Shown: in pieces, positions 16,909-26,377 of the stretch | How the letters are laid out: the number at the start of each line of letters is the position of its first letter | How positions within the stretch are numbered: position 1 is the stretch's first letter | DNA from: Erysipelotrichaceae bacterium | Lineage (GTDB): Bacteria; Bacillota_I; Bacilli_A; Erysipelotrichales; Coprobacillaceae | Length of the DNA: 32,000 nucleotides | Direction: 5' to 3' | NCBI GenBank assembly: GCA_028698185.1 | Contig: JAQVDW010000006.1 | Location: 1 to 32,000, forward strand | Position numbers and translations under genes: made by a program | Notes under the pieces: generated by a model | The model's input: only the letters and a program-made list of their open reading frames with translations | What the model was told of the DNA's origin: nothing | Databases searched by the model: none

Positions 16909-19007
16909 TTCCTAACGTATCCTACAACCGTGAATGAAAGCGGGCCGATTACGCCTTCCTTGCATTCGTCGCCGACAATGAACTCGACATCCTCCTCATT
17001 GACTACCCGATAGGAATTGTATGAAGGGTTGATGTATATCACAATCTTGTCATAATGGCCCTGGTCTTGACGCAGGGTATAGACAAGCATGTTGTAATTG
17101 ATGCATTTGAGTTCGATGAAGGCATCGATTTCCTCTCTTGTATTGTATTTGAAACATTTGTTTTCCTTCCGCAACCTTATCAGTTTCTTGATGATTTCGA
17201 TGTCATCGAGGAAATGATCCTTGCGGTTCCAGTCCAGTGCATTGATGCAATCGGGACTGTTGTATGTGTTGTTGAAGCCCATCTTCTGACGGTAAAATTC
17301 CTGACCGGCATGGATGAACGGGATGCCCTGGGCCACCAGAACGAATTCGTTCATAAGCAGCTGGCGTTTGATCCTGGTCATGTCGTTTTCTTCGCCATTG
17401 CTCACTTGCAGCTTGTCGAAAGTGGTGGCATTGTCATGGCATTCGATGTAATTGACCGACTGATTAATTGTAGTATACCGGTTAAGATTTATCAAGTAAT
17501 TTAACGATATTTCCGCGTTGTACATATTTCCGGCAAGGTAGCCCTTGTTCGCCAATTCGTTAGCCGCGGAACCGCCCTTGATGCAGTCTCTAAAATCGTC
17601 ATTGAAAAACGATATGTTTGGCATCAGCGAGTGGTTGAACTGAGTCCCCTTCTTGGATACAGGCAAAGGTGTATCCATATCCCAGCCTTCGCCATACATG
17701 ATGAAATTCTCATCGCGCTTGCGGCACTTCTGGTCGATCTGGTTCAAGGTCGTCACATCGATGATCCCCATCAGGTCAAACCGGAAGCCGTCAATCCCAT
17801 AAAGCCGTTGCCACCTCAAGCACATGTCGACAATGTATTTGCGGCACATCCTTGCTGTCGTGTTGAGATCATTGCCGCACCATGATCCGTTTGATAGGCT
17901 ACCGTTTTCGTTTTTCCGGAAAAAATAGCCGGGAACAGTCTTCTCGAAGGCGGAATCGTTGATGTCATAGATATGGTTGTAGACCACATCCATTACCACC
18001 CTGATCCGGGCCTGATGGAGCTTCTTGATCATTGTCTGGCATTCGATTATCCGCTTGTATCCGTCATTGGGATCAGTGACATAGCTTCCCTCCGGCAGTC
18101 CGTACTGAGCCGGGTCATAGCCCCAGTTGTACAAGACTTCGGGATAGTTTTCATCAACTGTGGCAAAATCGAAAATCGGCAGCAGCTGCACATGGGTGAT
18201 GCCCAGTTCAATCAGATAGTCGAGTCCGGCACTCCTGTTTTGGGGCGTCTTCAGGCCCCTTTCGACGAATCCGAGAAACTTGCCCCTGTTCCTGCAGTTT
18301 ATGGTCGAACTCATGGTGAAATCGCGGACACTCGCCTCATAGATTATCGCATCCTGGCGCTCAATCCCGCGGTCGAGAAAGTGATGACCCAGATTCTCGA
18401 TCAGGCGTTTTTGATTGATCACTACCGACGATCTGCCATTGGCGGTCGAGCTCAAAGCGTAAGGGTCGACCGATTCGATCCAGTTTTCATCGTGCTTGAT
18501 GAGATAGTTGTATTCGCATCCATCGAAATTTCCGGGAAGCCGGACGTAAAACACGCCCTTATCCATCCGTTCCATTGCCCAGGCATTGAAATAATTCCCC
18601 TTGTTTACCCTGACCATGACCTTGATGGCGGTAGGCGCCCAGACCCTGAATTCAGTGCAACCTGGCGCATAGGTTGCCCCGAGGTCGTCCTTGTCATAAT
18701 AAAAATGCGTGTCGAAATCATCCATCTGCACCAATTTGGTGTAGGTCAGGATTTTCGCCAAACCGTAGGCGTCGACAACCTGGTATGTGTCGCCCAGATA
18801 AAGATCCGGGATATTGTTGAAATAATAATAATGATAATCTTTGTCTTCACCCTCGTTGGCAAAGTCGATCTTGATAAAGCTGTCTTTATCCAAATTGCGC
18901 AAATAGAAGGTCTTCGAGATTCCGCCATAATACCGTTTCGACAGTTTCACGACAATCTTTGTCAGACCTATTAGCTGCGCAATCATTCTGATTGCAGATT
19001 CTTCCAT
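16905..19007 (-). CDS. pulA: Type I pullulanase / glycogen debranching enzyme (GH13), apparently cytoplasmic
   Basis: 700 aa with the pullulanase signature YNWGYDP and GH13 catalytic regions GFRFDLMG, YGEGWD and YIECHDN. No N-terminal signal peptide is evident. Confidence 0.92.
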   Translation of the reverse strand: MEESAIRMIAQLIGLTKIVVKLSKRYYGGISKTFYLRNLDKDSFIKIDFANEGEDKDYHYYYFNNIPDLYLGDTYQVVDAYGLAKILTYTKLVQMDDFDTHFYYDKDDLGATYAPGCTEFRVWAPTAIKVMVRVNKGNYFNAWAMERMDKGVFYVRLPGNFDGCEYNYLIKHDENWIESVDPYALSSTANGRSSVVINQKRLIENLGHHFLDRGIERQDAIIYEASVRDFTMSSTINCRNRGKFLGFVERGLKTPQNRSAGLDYLIELGITHVQLLPIFDFATVDENYPEVLYNWGYDPAQYGLPEGSYVTDPNDGYKRIIECQTMIKKLHQARIRVVMDVVYNHIYDINDSAFEKTVPGYFFRKNENGSLSNGSWCGNDLNTTARMCRKYIVDMCLRWQRLYGIDGFRFDLMGIIDVTTLNQIDQKCRKRDENFIMYGEGWDMDTPLPVSKKGTQFNHSLMPNISFFNDDFRDCIKGGSAANELANKGYLAGNMYNAEISLNYLINLNRYTTINQSVNYIECHDNATTFDKLQVSNGEENDMTRIKRQLLMNEFVLVAQGIPFIHAGQEFYRQKMGFNNTYNSPDCINALDWNRKDHFLDDIEIIKKLIRLRKENKCFKYNTREEIDAFIELKCINYNMLVYTLRQDQGHYDKIVIYINPSYNSYRVVNEEDVEFIVGDECKEGVIGPLSFTVVGYVRK

Positions 19008-19136
19008 TTTCTTCCCCTAAACAGACTAATGATTCAATCCTTACACAAAGATTATAGCGCAAAAACCGGGATATTTAAATAGCGAGCTTGGACTTTGGCC
19101 AAACTTGTCAAAATTCCCAAACATATCTAAAAAATA

Positions 19137-19145
19137 TGATATAAT
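19137..19145 (+). promoter_or_regulatory. Extended -10 element upstream of the alpha/beta hydrolase gene
   Basis: TGaTATAAT at 19137-19145. There is no -35 at proper spacing, and the leader would be very short. Confidence 0.4.
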
Positions 19146-19167
19146 TACGAAGCAGGGGGTACACATT

Positions 19168-20103
19168 ATGATTAATAAAAAACTGCTCAAGGCTATCCGT
19201 TGGCTGAGCCTGGCAATGATATTCCAGACTGGATTCTGGCTTCTTGGCAGCTATCGCGTATATAAGAAGATCATGTCCAAGCAAAGCGACAAATCAAAGA
19301 TCCTTGACAAAACAACAACCGACAGGTCCATCGACAAGCGAATTGCGAACCGGGACTTCTTTGACATTGTCCAATACCGGGATGTCTATGTCAAATCCCG
19401 CGACGACCTCACCCTTCATGGCCGATACGTGGAAAACGGCAGCGAAGATACCGCGATAGTGATCCATGGCTACAATTCCAACTCCTATCGCAAAGGTCCC
19501 ATCGCCAAGATATTCCATGACCGGGGCTACAATGTGCTGTGCCCTGATCTGCGCGCCCACGGCCAGTCGCAAGGTGAAATGATCGGAATGGGATGGCCCG
19601 ACCATTACGACTTGCTCGAGTGGATCGCTCTTGTCAACGCCATCAAGCCTCAAGGAAAGATAATCCTTTATGGAGTGTCCATGGGAGGCGCAGCCGTATT
19701 GAATGCGACTGGCGAAAAGCTGCCCGCCAATGTCAAGGTCGCCATCGCCGATTGCGCCTTCACCAGTCCCTGGGACCTGTACAAGTTCCAGTTCAAGGAA
19801 ATCTACAATACCCCGCCCCGGCCTCTCCTTGATTTTGTCAACTTGTTCAATAAATTGGAAAACAAGAACGATTTCAAAATCGGGCCGGCAGACATGGTAA
19901 AAAAATCCAACACCCCGACCCTGTTCATCCATGGTGTCGACGATCCGTTCATCCCGGCAGACATGTCAAAAAAACTCTATGAATCGAGTGCTGGCGCAAA
20001 AGGGCTGCTGATGGTCGAAAACGGCCAGCACGGCCGCAGCTACCTGGCTGATCCCAAACTGTATTTCGAATCGATATTCGATTTTATCGATCTTCACATC
20101 TAA
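19168..20103 (+). CDS. Membrane-anchored alpha/beta hydrolase (serine hydrolase)
   Basis: 311 aa. It has an N-terminal TM helix (WLSLAMIFQTGFWLLG), nucleophile elbow GVSMGG, and later HGVDDPFIP and GQHG motifs. I trimmed the start to ATG 19168, which has an AGGGGG RBS. Confidence 0.85.
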   Translation: MINKKLLKAIRWLSLAMIFQTGFWLLGSYRVYKKIMSKQSDKSKILDKTTTDRSIDKRIANRDFFDIVQYRDVYVKSRDDLTLHGRYVENGSEDTAIVIHGYNSNSYRKGPIAKIFHDRGYNVLCPDLRAHGQSQGEMIGMGWPDHYDLLEWIALVNAIKPQGKIILYGVSMGGAAVLNATGEKLPANVKVAIADCAFTSPWDLYKFQFKEIYNTPPRPLLDFVNLFNKLENKNDFKIGPADMVKKSNTPTLFIHGVDDPFIPADMSKKLYESSAGAKGLLMVENGQHGRSYLADPKLYFESIFDFIDLHI

Positions 20104-20135
20104 AAAAGATACTCAAACTGATGAGTATCTTTTTT
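20104..20135. terminator. Bidirectional intrinsic terminator (hydrolase gene / glgP)
   Basis: Perfect stem aaaagatactca / tgagtatctttt with a 6-nt loop. A-run and T-run flank it. Confidence 0.8.
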
Positions 20136-20138
20136 GCG

Positions 20139-22535
20139 CTAATAATATTTGTTCAGCTTGTCAAGATGCCATATGTCTTCGACATATTGCTCGATCGTCC
20201 GATCGGATGAGAAGTAGCCTGATTTGGCAATGTTTATAAGCATCATCTTGCCCCACTGGTGCTTGTCCAAGTAGAGCCGGTCGATTTTCCGTTGGGCCTG
20301 ACGATAAGCTTCAAAATCGCCGAGCACCAGGTATTCGTCGTTCTTGCGCATCAGCTCATCGAAGACGATCCGGAATTCCTCGCGGTTTCTTGACCAGGTT
20401 CCGTCAGTAAGGCTGTCGATGATCCGTTTGATCATGCCATCGTTGTTGTAGTAATCCCAAACCTGATAGCTGCCGTTGGCCTTGATCTTTGAAACCTGAT
20501 CGCTGGTGAAACCGAAAATGGTGCAGTTTTCATGACCGACCTGTTCGGATATTTCGACATTGGCCCCGTCCAGCGTTCCCAGAGTCAAAGCCCCGTTCAT
20601 CATGAATTTCATGTTTCCGGTTCCCGAAGCCTCTTTTCCCGCCAGGGATATCTGCTCAGACACATCGGCCGCAGGCATGATCATTTCAGCTTTGGATACA
20701 CCATAATTCTCGATGAATACGACTCTCATGAATTTGCTTACATGAGGATCATTGTTGACAACATCACCAACCGAATTGATCAGTTTGATGACATTCTTGG
20801 CGAAATGGTAGCTTGATGCCGCCTTGGCTCCGAAGATGAAGGTCCGGGGCACGATTTTCTTGGCCGGATCTTCCTTCAGTTCGAAATACAGGGCCATGAT
20901 GTTGAACACGTTGAGCAACTGGCGCTTATAGCCATGGAGCCTTTTAACCTGGACATCGAAGATCGAGTCGATATCGACCTCGACTCCCGTGCATTCCCTG
21001 ATGTTCTTTGCCAGGATCGCTTTGCGTGCCCTCTTGACTTCGAAGAAGCGGTCGATCACCGCCGGGTCGTTGACGTGATTGATAAGATCCTCGAGTCTTT
21101 CCGGATGTTTCACCCAGTCAGTTCCGATCGTATCATCAAGCAAATCTGCCAGCTGGCCATTGGCATAGCGCAGCCATCGGCGATGGGTAACTCCGTTGGT
21201 CTTGTTGTTGAACTTTTCCTTGAAGATGCTCGCAAAAGCCTTGAGTTCCTGGTTGATCAAGATCTTTGTGTGCAATGCGGCTACCCCGTTGACCGAGAAA
21301 CTTCCCACAATGGCCAGACGGGCCATGTGGACGTAACCATCCTTGAGAATCATCACTTCATCAGCTAGATGCCCATATGAGTTACCCTGCAAAAAGCCAT
21401 TGAAACGGTGGTGGATCTCATCGATGATCTGATACACCCGCGGCAACAACTGCTTGACCATGTCGATCGGCCATGTTTCCAGGGCCTCGCTAAGGATCGT
21501 ATGGTTGGTGTAGGCGAAAGTGTTGGTCGTGATCGCCCAGGCATCCTCCCACACATAACCATGCTCATCCATCAGGATCCTCATCAGTTCGGGTATCGCC
21601 AGAACCGGATGGGTGTCGTTGAGCTGGATGACATGCTGCTCATGGAAATTGTCGAGACTTTCATTGGTCCGCAGGTGTTTGGAAACAACCGCCTGGACTC
21701 CAGCCGAGGTGAAGAAATATTCCTGTTTGAGCCGGAGCATTTTCCCCTTGTAGCTTGAATCGTCAGGATACAGTTGCTGGCAGATGTCGCGGACATTCGT
21801 GATATAATTTGAAAAATCCTGACCGCGAGGAATCCGGTCCGCACTTTCGGCATTCCACAGTCTCAAGGTGTTCGTCGTTTTCGTTCCCGCCCCGACTATC
21901 GGGACGTCGTAAGGCACCGCATACACTTCCTCGGCGTCCATGAGTTCAAACTTCTTGGTATCCTCGTTGAATTCGATATGACCATAGAATTTTACTACCT
22001 TTTTGTGTTTTGGCTTGCGAACCTCCCACTTGAATCCTGTCGCCATCCAGTTGTCAGGCAATTCGACCTGGTAGCCATCCTCGATTTTCTGCTTGAACAA
22101 GCCGTACTGATAGCGAATGGTATGACCCTGGCCGGAGTAATCGAGCGATGCCAGCGAGTCTAAAAAGCAGGCCGCCAGCCTTCCCAAGCCGCCGTTGCCA
22201 AGACCTGCGTCAGTCTCGATTTCCTCCAACTGGTGGACATCGATGCCAAGATCCGCCAAGCCATCCTGAACCAAGCCATAGATGCCAAGATTCATCAGGT
22301 TGCTTGTCAGCATTCGGCCCATCAAAAACTCCATCGAAAAGTAATGGACTTCCTTGAGCTTGTTTTTCGCAATCGCATGCTTCGTTTCCACCCAGTTGAC
22401 TGAGGCGTAATCCCGGATCAGCGATTCGAGCACCAGGAATTTTTCCGTGACATGGGATTCGCTTATTTCCCGACCGTACATTTCAACTACTCTTTTGGAA
22501 TATTCTTTTTTGAATTCTTCTTTCGTTTTAAACAT
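20139..22535 (-). CDS. glgP: Glycogen / maltodextrin phosphorylase (GT35)
   Basis: 798 aa with the PLP-lysine region EASGTGNMKFMMNGALTLGTLDGANVE. The RBS is G-rich, 31 nt after the glgB stop. Confidence 0.95.
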   Translation of the reverse strand: MFKTKEEFKKEYSKRVVEMYGREISESHVTEKFLVLESLIRDYASVNWVETKHAIAKNKLKEVHYFSMEFLMGRMLTSNLMNLGIYGLVQDGLADLGIDVHQLEEIETDAGLGNGGLGRLAACFLDSLASLDYSGQGHTIRYQYGLFKQKIEDGYQVELPDNWMATGFKWEVRKPKHKKVVKFYGHIEFNEDTKKFELMDAEEVYAVPYDVPIVGAGTKTTNTLRLWNAESADRIPRGQDFSNYITNVRDICQQLYPDDSSYKGKMLRLKQEYFFTSAGVQAVVSKHLRTNESLDNFHEQHVIQLNDTHPVLAIPELMRILMDEHGYVWEDAWAITTNTFAYTNHTILSEALETWPIDMVKQLLPRVYQIIDEIHHRFNGFLQGNSYGHLADEVMILKDGYVHMARLAIVGSFSVNGVAALHTKILINQELKAFASIFKEKFNNKTNGVTHRRWLRYANGQLADLLDDTIGTDWVKHPERLEDLINHVNDPAVIDRFFEVKRARKAILAKNIRECTGVEVDIDSIFDVQVKRLHGYKRQLLNVFNIMALYFELKEDPAKKIVPRTFIFGAKAASSYHFAKNVIKLINSVGDVVNNDPHVSKFMRVVFIENYGVSKAEMIMPAADVSEQISLAGKEASGTGNMKFMMNGALTLGTLDGANVEISEQVGHENCTIFGFTSDQVSKIKANGSYQVWDYYNNDGMIKRIIDSLTDGTWSRNREEFRIVFDELMRKNDEYLVLGDFEAYRQAQRKIDRLYLDKHQWGKMMLINIAKSGYFSSDRTIEQYVEDIWHLDKLNKYY

Positions 22536-22566
22536 ATAAAATCCCCCCCTATAAAGATTCTATTTA

Positions 22567-24459
22567 TTAACTTAATGCGTCATCATCTTCCACAAATTCC
22601 AGAACCAGGGCGCTAAACGGCGCTATCAGTACCGGAAGGTAGTGGTTATTGTCATCATTTTGTCCCGGATGGGTTTTGATCGGATCAGGATTGACAAGAT
22701 TCGCTCCGCCATATGTTTCCAGGTCGCTGTTGAGAACTTCCCGGGCCACCCCTTTGCCAGGGACCGGCACCGAATAATAACGGTGGACATTGGTTCCAAA
22801 GTTGAGGATGGTGATCAATCCTGGTTCGTTCTCCTTGTCTGATTTGCGGTAATATGCGAACACTGACTGGAGATTGTCATCGACAATCAGCCACTGGAAC
22901 TTGTTGTGGTCGTAATCCGATGCATAAAGACAAGAGTAGTTCCGGTAAAGGTGGTTGAGCTGTTTGACAAATCTGAATGCCGCTTCGTGGAGCGGATATT
23001 GCAGGATCGACCAGCCGATTTCTTTTTTCTCATCCCATTCCTTGAACTCGGCGATTTCGTTGCCCATGAAGTTGAGTTTTTTACCCGGATGGGTCATCAT
23101 GTAGGCGAAAAGCACTTTGAATTGGGCTATTTTCTGTTCCAGGTTCCCCCAGCATTTATCCAGTATAGTTTTTTTGCCATGGACAACCTCATCATGCGAG
23201 AAAGGCAAAAGGAAATTTTCGGTATAGAAATAATGCATCGAAAAAGTGATCAGGTTGTGGTTTTGCTTGTTCGAACGGAAATATGGATCCATCTCCATGT
23301 ATTTGAGTGTGTCATTCATCCAGCCAAGATCCCATTTGTAATCGAAGCCTAGACCTCCGACGCTTGGCCACTTGGTAACTCCCGGATAATCGGTTGAATC
23401 CTCGGCGATAAGCATCACGGTCGGATGGAGGTGGTGCATTGTGTCACACATTTGTTTGATGAAGGAAATCGAATGTCCCATTTCTCCGGCATTGCGGTTG
23501 CCGTCGTAATAGATCATATTGGCGATGGCATCGAATCGGAATCCATCGAAATGGAAATATGTGGCGAAGAAGTTGACCGCCGAAAGCATGAACGAACGGA
23601 CATGGTTTTTCGAGTAATCGAAGTACACGCTGCCCCAAGAAGAGTAGCGGCGGTTGATATCATCGCTTTCGTAGACAGTCCCCCCGTCAAAAAGATACAG
23701 GCCATGGCCGTCCTTGACATAATGAGTCGGCACGAAATCGACAATGACCCCGATGCCCGCCTTATGGGCCTTGTTCACCAGGTGCATCAGCTGCTTAGGG
23801 TTTCCATAACGGCTGGTAGCGCAGAAATATCCTGTTGTCTGATAGCCCCATGACCCGTCAAACGGAAACTCGGTGATCGGCATCAGCTCGATGTGGGTAT
23901 AGCCCTGTTCAACAACGAATGGGATAAGCATGTCCGCCATTTCCTCGTAGCTGTAAAATTCCCCATCTTCGCTTCCGTCATCAGAGAATTCCTTTTTCAT
24001 CCGCCATGAACCGATATTGACTTCATAGATGTTCATCGCCTTGGTGAAGTTCAAGTCACGGTTTTTAATCCAGTCTTTGTCCGACCAGGTGAAATGTTCG
24101 ATCTCATATGTCTTCGAAGCGGTGTACGGTCTTTCCTCACTGAAGAATGCGTAAGGGTCGCTGCGGTCGACTGTCGCATGCGACCGGGTTTCGATCCGGT
24201 ACTTGTATATTTCGTATTCCTCGATCCCCTCGACAAACAGAGTGTAGATGCCCTCGTCGTCATATTTTTCCATGTAATGGTCACTGCCGTCCCAATCGTT
24301 GAAATCCCCGACCAGTTGGACGCTTATGGCGTTAGGAGCAAAAACAGTAAAGCGGACTCCATCTTCGCCCTCGTAATTCTCAAAATGGGCCCCGAACAAT
24401 TTGTAGCTGTTACTTGAATTTCCAGCGTAGAAATCATTAATCAAATCAACTTTTAACAT
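22567..24459 (-). CDS. glgB: 1,4-alpha-glucan branching enzyme (GH13_9)
   Basis: 630 aa with an N-terminal CBM48-like region and GH13 motifs DFVPTH, GFRFDAIANM and IAEDST. AAGGAGA RBS. Confidence 0.94.
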   Translation of the reverse strand: MLKVDLINDFYAGNSSNSYKLFGAHFENYEGEDGVRFTVFAPNAISVQLVGDFNDWDGSDHYMEKYDDEGIYTLFVEGIEEYEIYKYRIETRSHATVDRSDPYAFFSEERPYTASKTYEIEHFTWSDKDWIKNRDLNFTKAMNIYEVNIGSWRMKKEFSDDGSEDGEFYSYEEMADMLIPFVVEQGYTHIELMPITEFPFDGSWGYQTTGYFCATSRYGNPKQLMHLVNKAHKAGIGVIVDFVPTHYVKDGHGLYLFDGGTVYESDDINRRYSSWGSVYFDYSKNHVRSFMLSAVNFFATYFHFDGFRFDAIANMIYYDGNRNAGEMGHSISFIKQMCDTMHHLHPTVMLIAEDSTDYPGVTKWPSVGGLGFDYKWDLGWMNDTLKYMEMDPYFRSNKQNHNLITFSMHYFYTENFLLPFSHDEVVHGKKTILDKCWGNLEQKIAQFKVLFAYMMTHPGKKLNFMGNEIAEFKEWDEKKEIGWSILQYPLHEAAFRFVKQLNHLYRNYSCLYASDYDHNKFQWLIVDDNLQSVFAYYRKSDKENEPGLITILNFGTNVHRYYSVPVPGKGVAREVLNSDLETYGGANLVNPDPIKTHPGQNDDNNHYLPVLIAPFSALVLEFVEDDDALS

Positions 24460-24486
24460 ATGCTTTCTCCTTTTTTGAATTTAGGT

Positions 24487-24521
24487 AAAAAAACAAGGAG
24501 ACAGTATCAAAACTGTCTCCT
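24487..24521 (-). terminator. Intrinsic terminator after pgm, directly upstream of the glgB RBS
   Basis: On the minus strand, 5 nt after the pgm stop: a perfect 10-bp stem aggagacagt / actgtctcct with a 6-nt loop, then seven U (aaaaaaa 24487-24493 on +). Confidence 0.8.
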
Positions 24522-24526
24522 GGCAA

Positions 24527-26221
24527 TTATTCCCCAATAATCTTCAACATATCCTTATGCAAGATTTCCGTTTTTTCACTTGCGTCAGCGGCGCTGTCGC
24601 CTTTGACTGAAAAATAGAACTTACATTTTGGTTCGGTTCCGCTTGGTCGAGCGGCAATCCATGAACCATCTTCAAGATAGTATTTCAAAACATTAGATTT
24701 TGGTAAATCGATAGGTGTCACTTCACCCTTCTCATAACGTTCGCTCATTTTGAAATCTTCAACAGCTGCAACGTTAATTCCACCGATAGCTTTAGGAGCG
24801 TCTTGACGTAAATTATCCATTATTTCTTTAATTCTTTTTGCACCTTCGCTACCGCCTTTTTTCAAGGCCAATTGTGATTCTTTGAACGTACCGTATTTTG
24901 CATAAAGTTCATCCAACACATCGATCAATGTTTTACCCTGGGCCTTGTAATAGGCTCCGGCTTCGGCTGCAAGCAACACAGCCTGGATGGCATCCTTGTC
25001 GCGGACGAAGTCTTTGACAACACAGCCATATGATTCCTCGTAACCAAAGATGAACTGTTTTTCCTTGGTCGCTTCATATTTGCGGATTTTATCACCGATG
25101 AACTTGAAACCGGTCAGAGTCTTTTCAACCTCAACTCCGTAATTGCGGCATACCAGTTCCCCCAAATCGCTGGTTACAACAGTGTTGTACATTACCGCAT
25201 TTTCAGGAAGCTGTCCTTTTGCCTGAAGTTGTGACAGGATGTATTCAAGATACACCGCAGCCGATTGATTTCCTGACATAAGCTCATATTCGTCACCTTT
25301 TTTGGCAACGACACCCAGACGGTCTCCGTCAGGGTCGCAGATTACTACGACATCGGCGTCGGTTTCCTTGGCTTTTTTGATCGCCAATTCATAAGACACG
25401 GCCTCTTCTGGATTTGGAGATTTGGTGTTGGTATAATCAGGATCCGGAGCGCATTGAGCGAGCACCGGAATCAGGTTGTAGCCAAGTCTTGGCAACACTG
25501 TCCGCACCGGAATGTTCGATGTCCCATGTTGGGGCGAGAAGACGATCTTGAAGTCGTCCTTGTTGACATCACCGTTGATTGCAATCCCCATAACAGCCTC
25601 ATAGTAAGCCTCATCGACTTCACTGGAGATCCAGTTGATCAAAGGATAAGCATCGTCCATTGAGATAAGGTCGATGTTGAGCTCGTCTTCGACTTCGTTG
25701 ACGTAATCAACGACCTTTTTACCCCATTCGGGAATCAACTGGCAACCGGTGTCGTCATAGACCTTGTAGCCATTGTACTCTTTTGGGTTGTGGCTCGCCG
25801 TGATCATGATTCCCCCGGCACATTTCAAGTGACGGACTGCAAACGACAGTTCGGGCGTCGGTCTTAAAGATTCAAAAATGAAAGACTTGATTCCATAGGT
25901 GGCCAAAACCCGTGCCGATTCGATCGCGAACTGGTATGACATATGGCGGTTGTCATATCCGATGACAACCCCGCGTTGTTTACCTTCTTCCAAATCCAAA
26001 ATATACTTAGCAAAACCGACATTGGCTTTGCGGACTGTATAGATGTTCATGCGGTTGGTACCCGCCCCTAAAATACCACGCATTCCCGCTGTACCAAATT
26101 CAACATTGGTATAGAATGCATCTTCCTTTTGCGCCTCATCCATTGCGACTAATTCGGCCTTCAATTTGGCGTCCAAGCCGGCAAATGAATTCCAGCGACT
26201 AAATTCCTCTTTATAATTCAT
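24527..26221 (-). CDS. pgm: Phosphoglucomutase (alpha-D-phosphohexomutase family)
   Basis: 564 aa with the active-site serine loop TASHNPKEYNGYKVY and the metal-binding loop CDPDGDR. The RBS is GAGGTG. Confidence 0.94.
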   Translation of the reverse strand: MNYKEEFSRWNSFAGLDAKLKAELVAMDEAQKEDAFYTNVEFGTAGMRGILGAGTNRMNIYTVRKANVGFAKYILDLEEGKQRGVVIGYDNRHMSYQFAIESARVLATYGIKSFIFESLRPTPELSFAVRHLKCAGGIMITASHNPKEYNGYKVYDDTGCQLIPEWGKKVVDYVNEVEDELNIDLISMDDAYPLINWISSEVDEAYYEAVMGIAINGDVNKDDFKIVFSPQHGTSNIPVRTVLPRLGYNLIPVLAQCAPDPDYTNTKSPNPEEAVSYELAIKKAKETDADVVVICDPDGDRLGVVAKKGDEYELMSGNQSAAVYLEYILSQLQAKGQLPENAVMYNTVVTSDLGELVCRNYGVEVEKTLTGFKFIGDKIRKYEATKEKQFIFGYEESYGCVVKDFVRDKDAIQAVLLAAEAGAYYKAQGKTLIDVLDELYAKYGTFKESQLALKKGGSEGAKRIKEIMDNLRQDAPKAIGGINVAAVEDFKMSERYEKGEVTPIDLPKSNVLKYYLEDGSWIAARPSGTEPKCKFYFSVKGDSAADASEKTEILHKDMLKIIGE

Positions 26222-26239
26222 ATCATCACCTCTAACTAG

Positions 26240-26248
26240 ATTATATCA
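26240..26248 (-). promoter_or_regulatory. Extended -10 element upstream of pgm
   Basis: Minus strand TGaTATAAT (TATAAT at 26240-26245). The -35 is poor and the leader would be very short, so this is tentative. Confidence 0.35.
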
Positions 26249-26330
26249 AAAACGGTTTTTTAAAACTACTACTTTTTTCTTTGTATGCGCTTTACCGTGT
26301 CGTTTTTGACACCTATTCCATTCACTTACC

Positions 26331-26368
26331 AAAAAAAGTCCGGATTAATCATCACAAAACAAATCCGG
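26331..26368 (-). terminator. Intrinsic terminator of ybaK
   Basis: Minus-strand stem ccggatt / aatccgg with a 15-nt loop, followed by seven U (aaaaaaa 26331-26337 on +). Confidence 0.65.
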
Positions 26369-26377
26369 CAGAATTAC

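Noticed and set aside
17973-18974. Very long antisense ORFs. Examples are 333 aa opposite pulA, 1405-2196 (263 aa) opposite the regulator and the metY 5' end, 4330-4968 opposite thiC, 522-1202 opposite metY, 3038-3583 opposite the polymerase, and 15270-15845 and 15595-16143 inside mfd.
   Set aside because: Each lies wholly opposite a gene with unmistakable family motifs. None has an SD, and their translations have the D/V/L/H/R-rich look of shadow frames. They are best explained by sense-strand avoidance of TTA/CTA/TCA codons, so they are not overlapping genes.
24527-26221. Apparent 1-nt frame discrepancy in pgm near the C-run at about 25439-25441.
   Set aside because: It was my own indexing slip while hand-translating. 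Re-reading the lines shows a continuous 564-codon frame ending at TAA 24527-24529.
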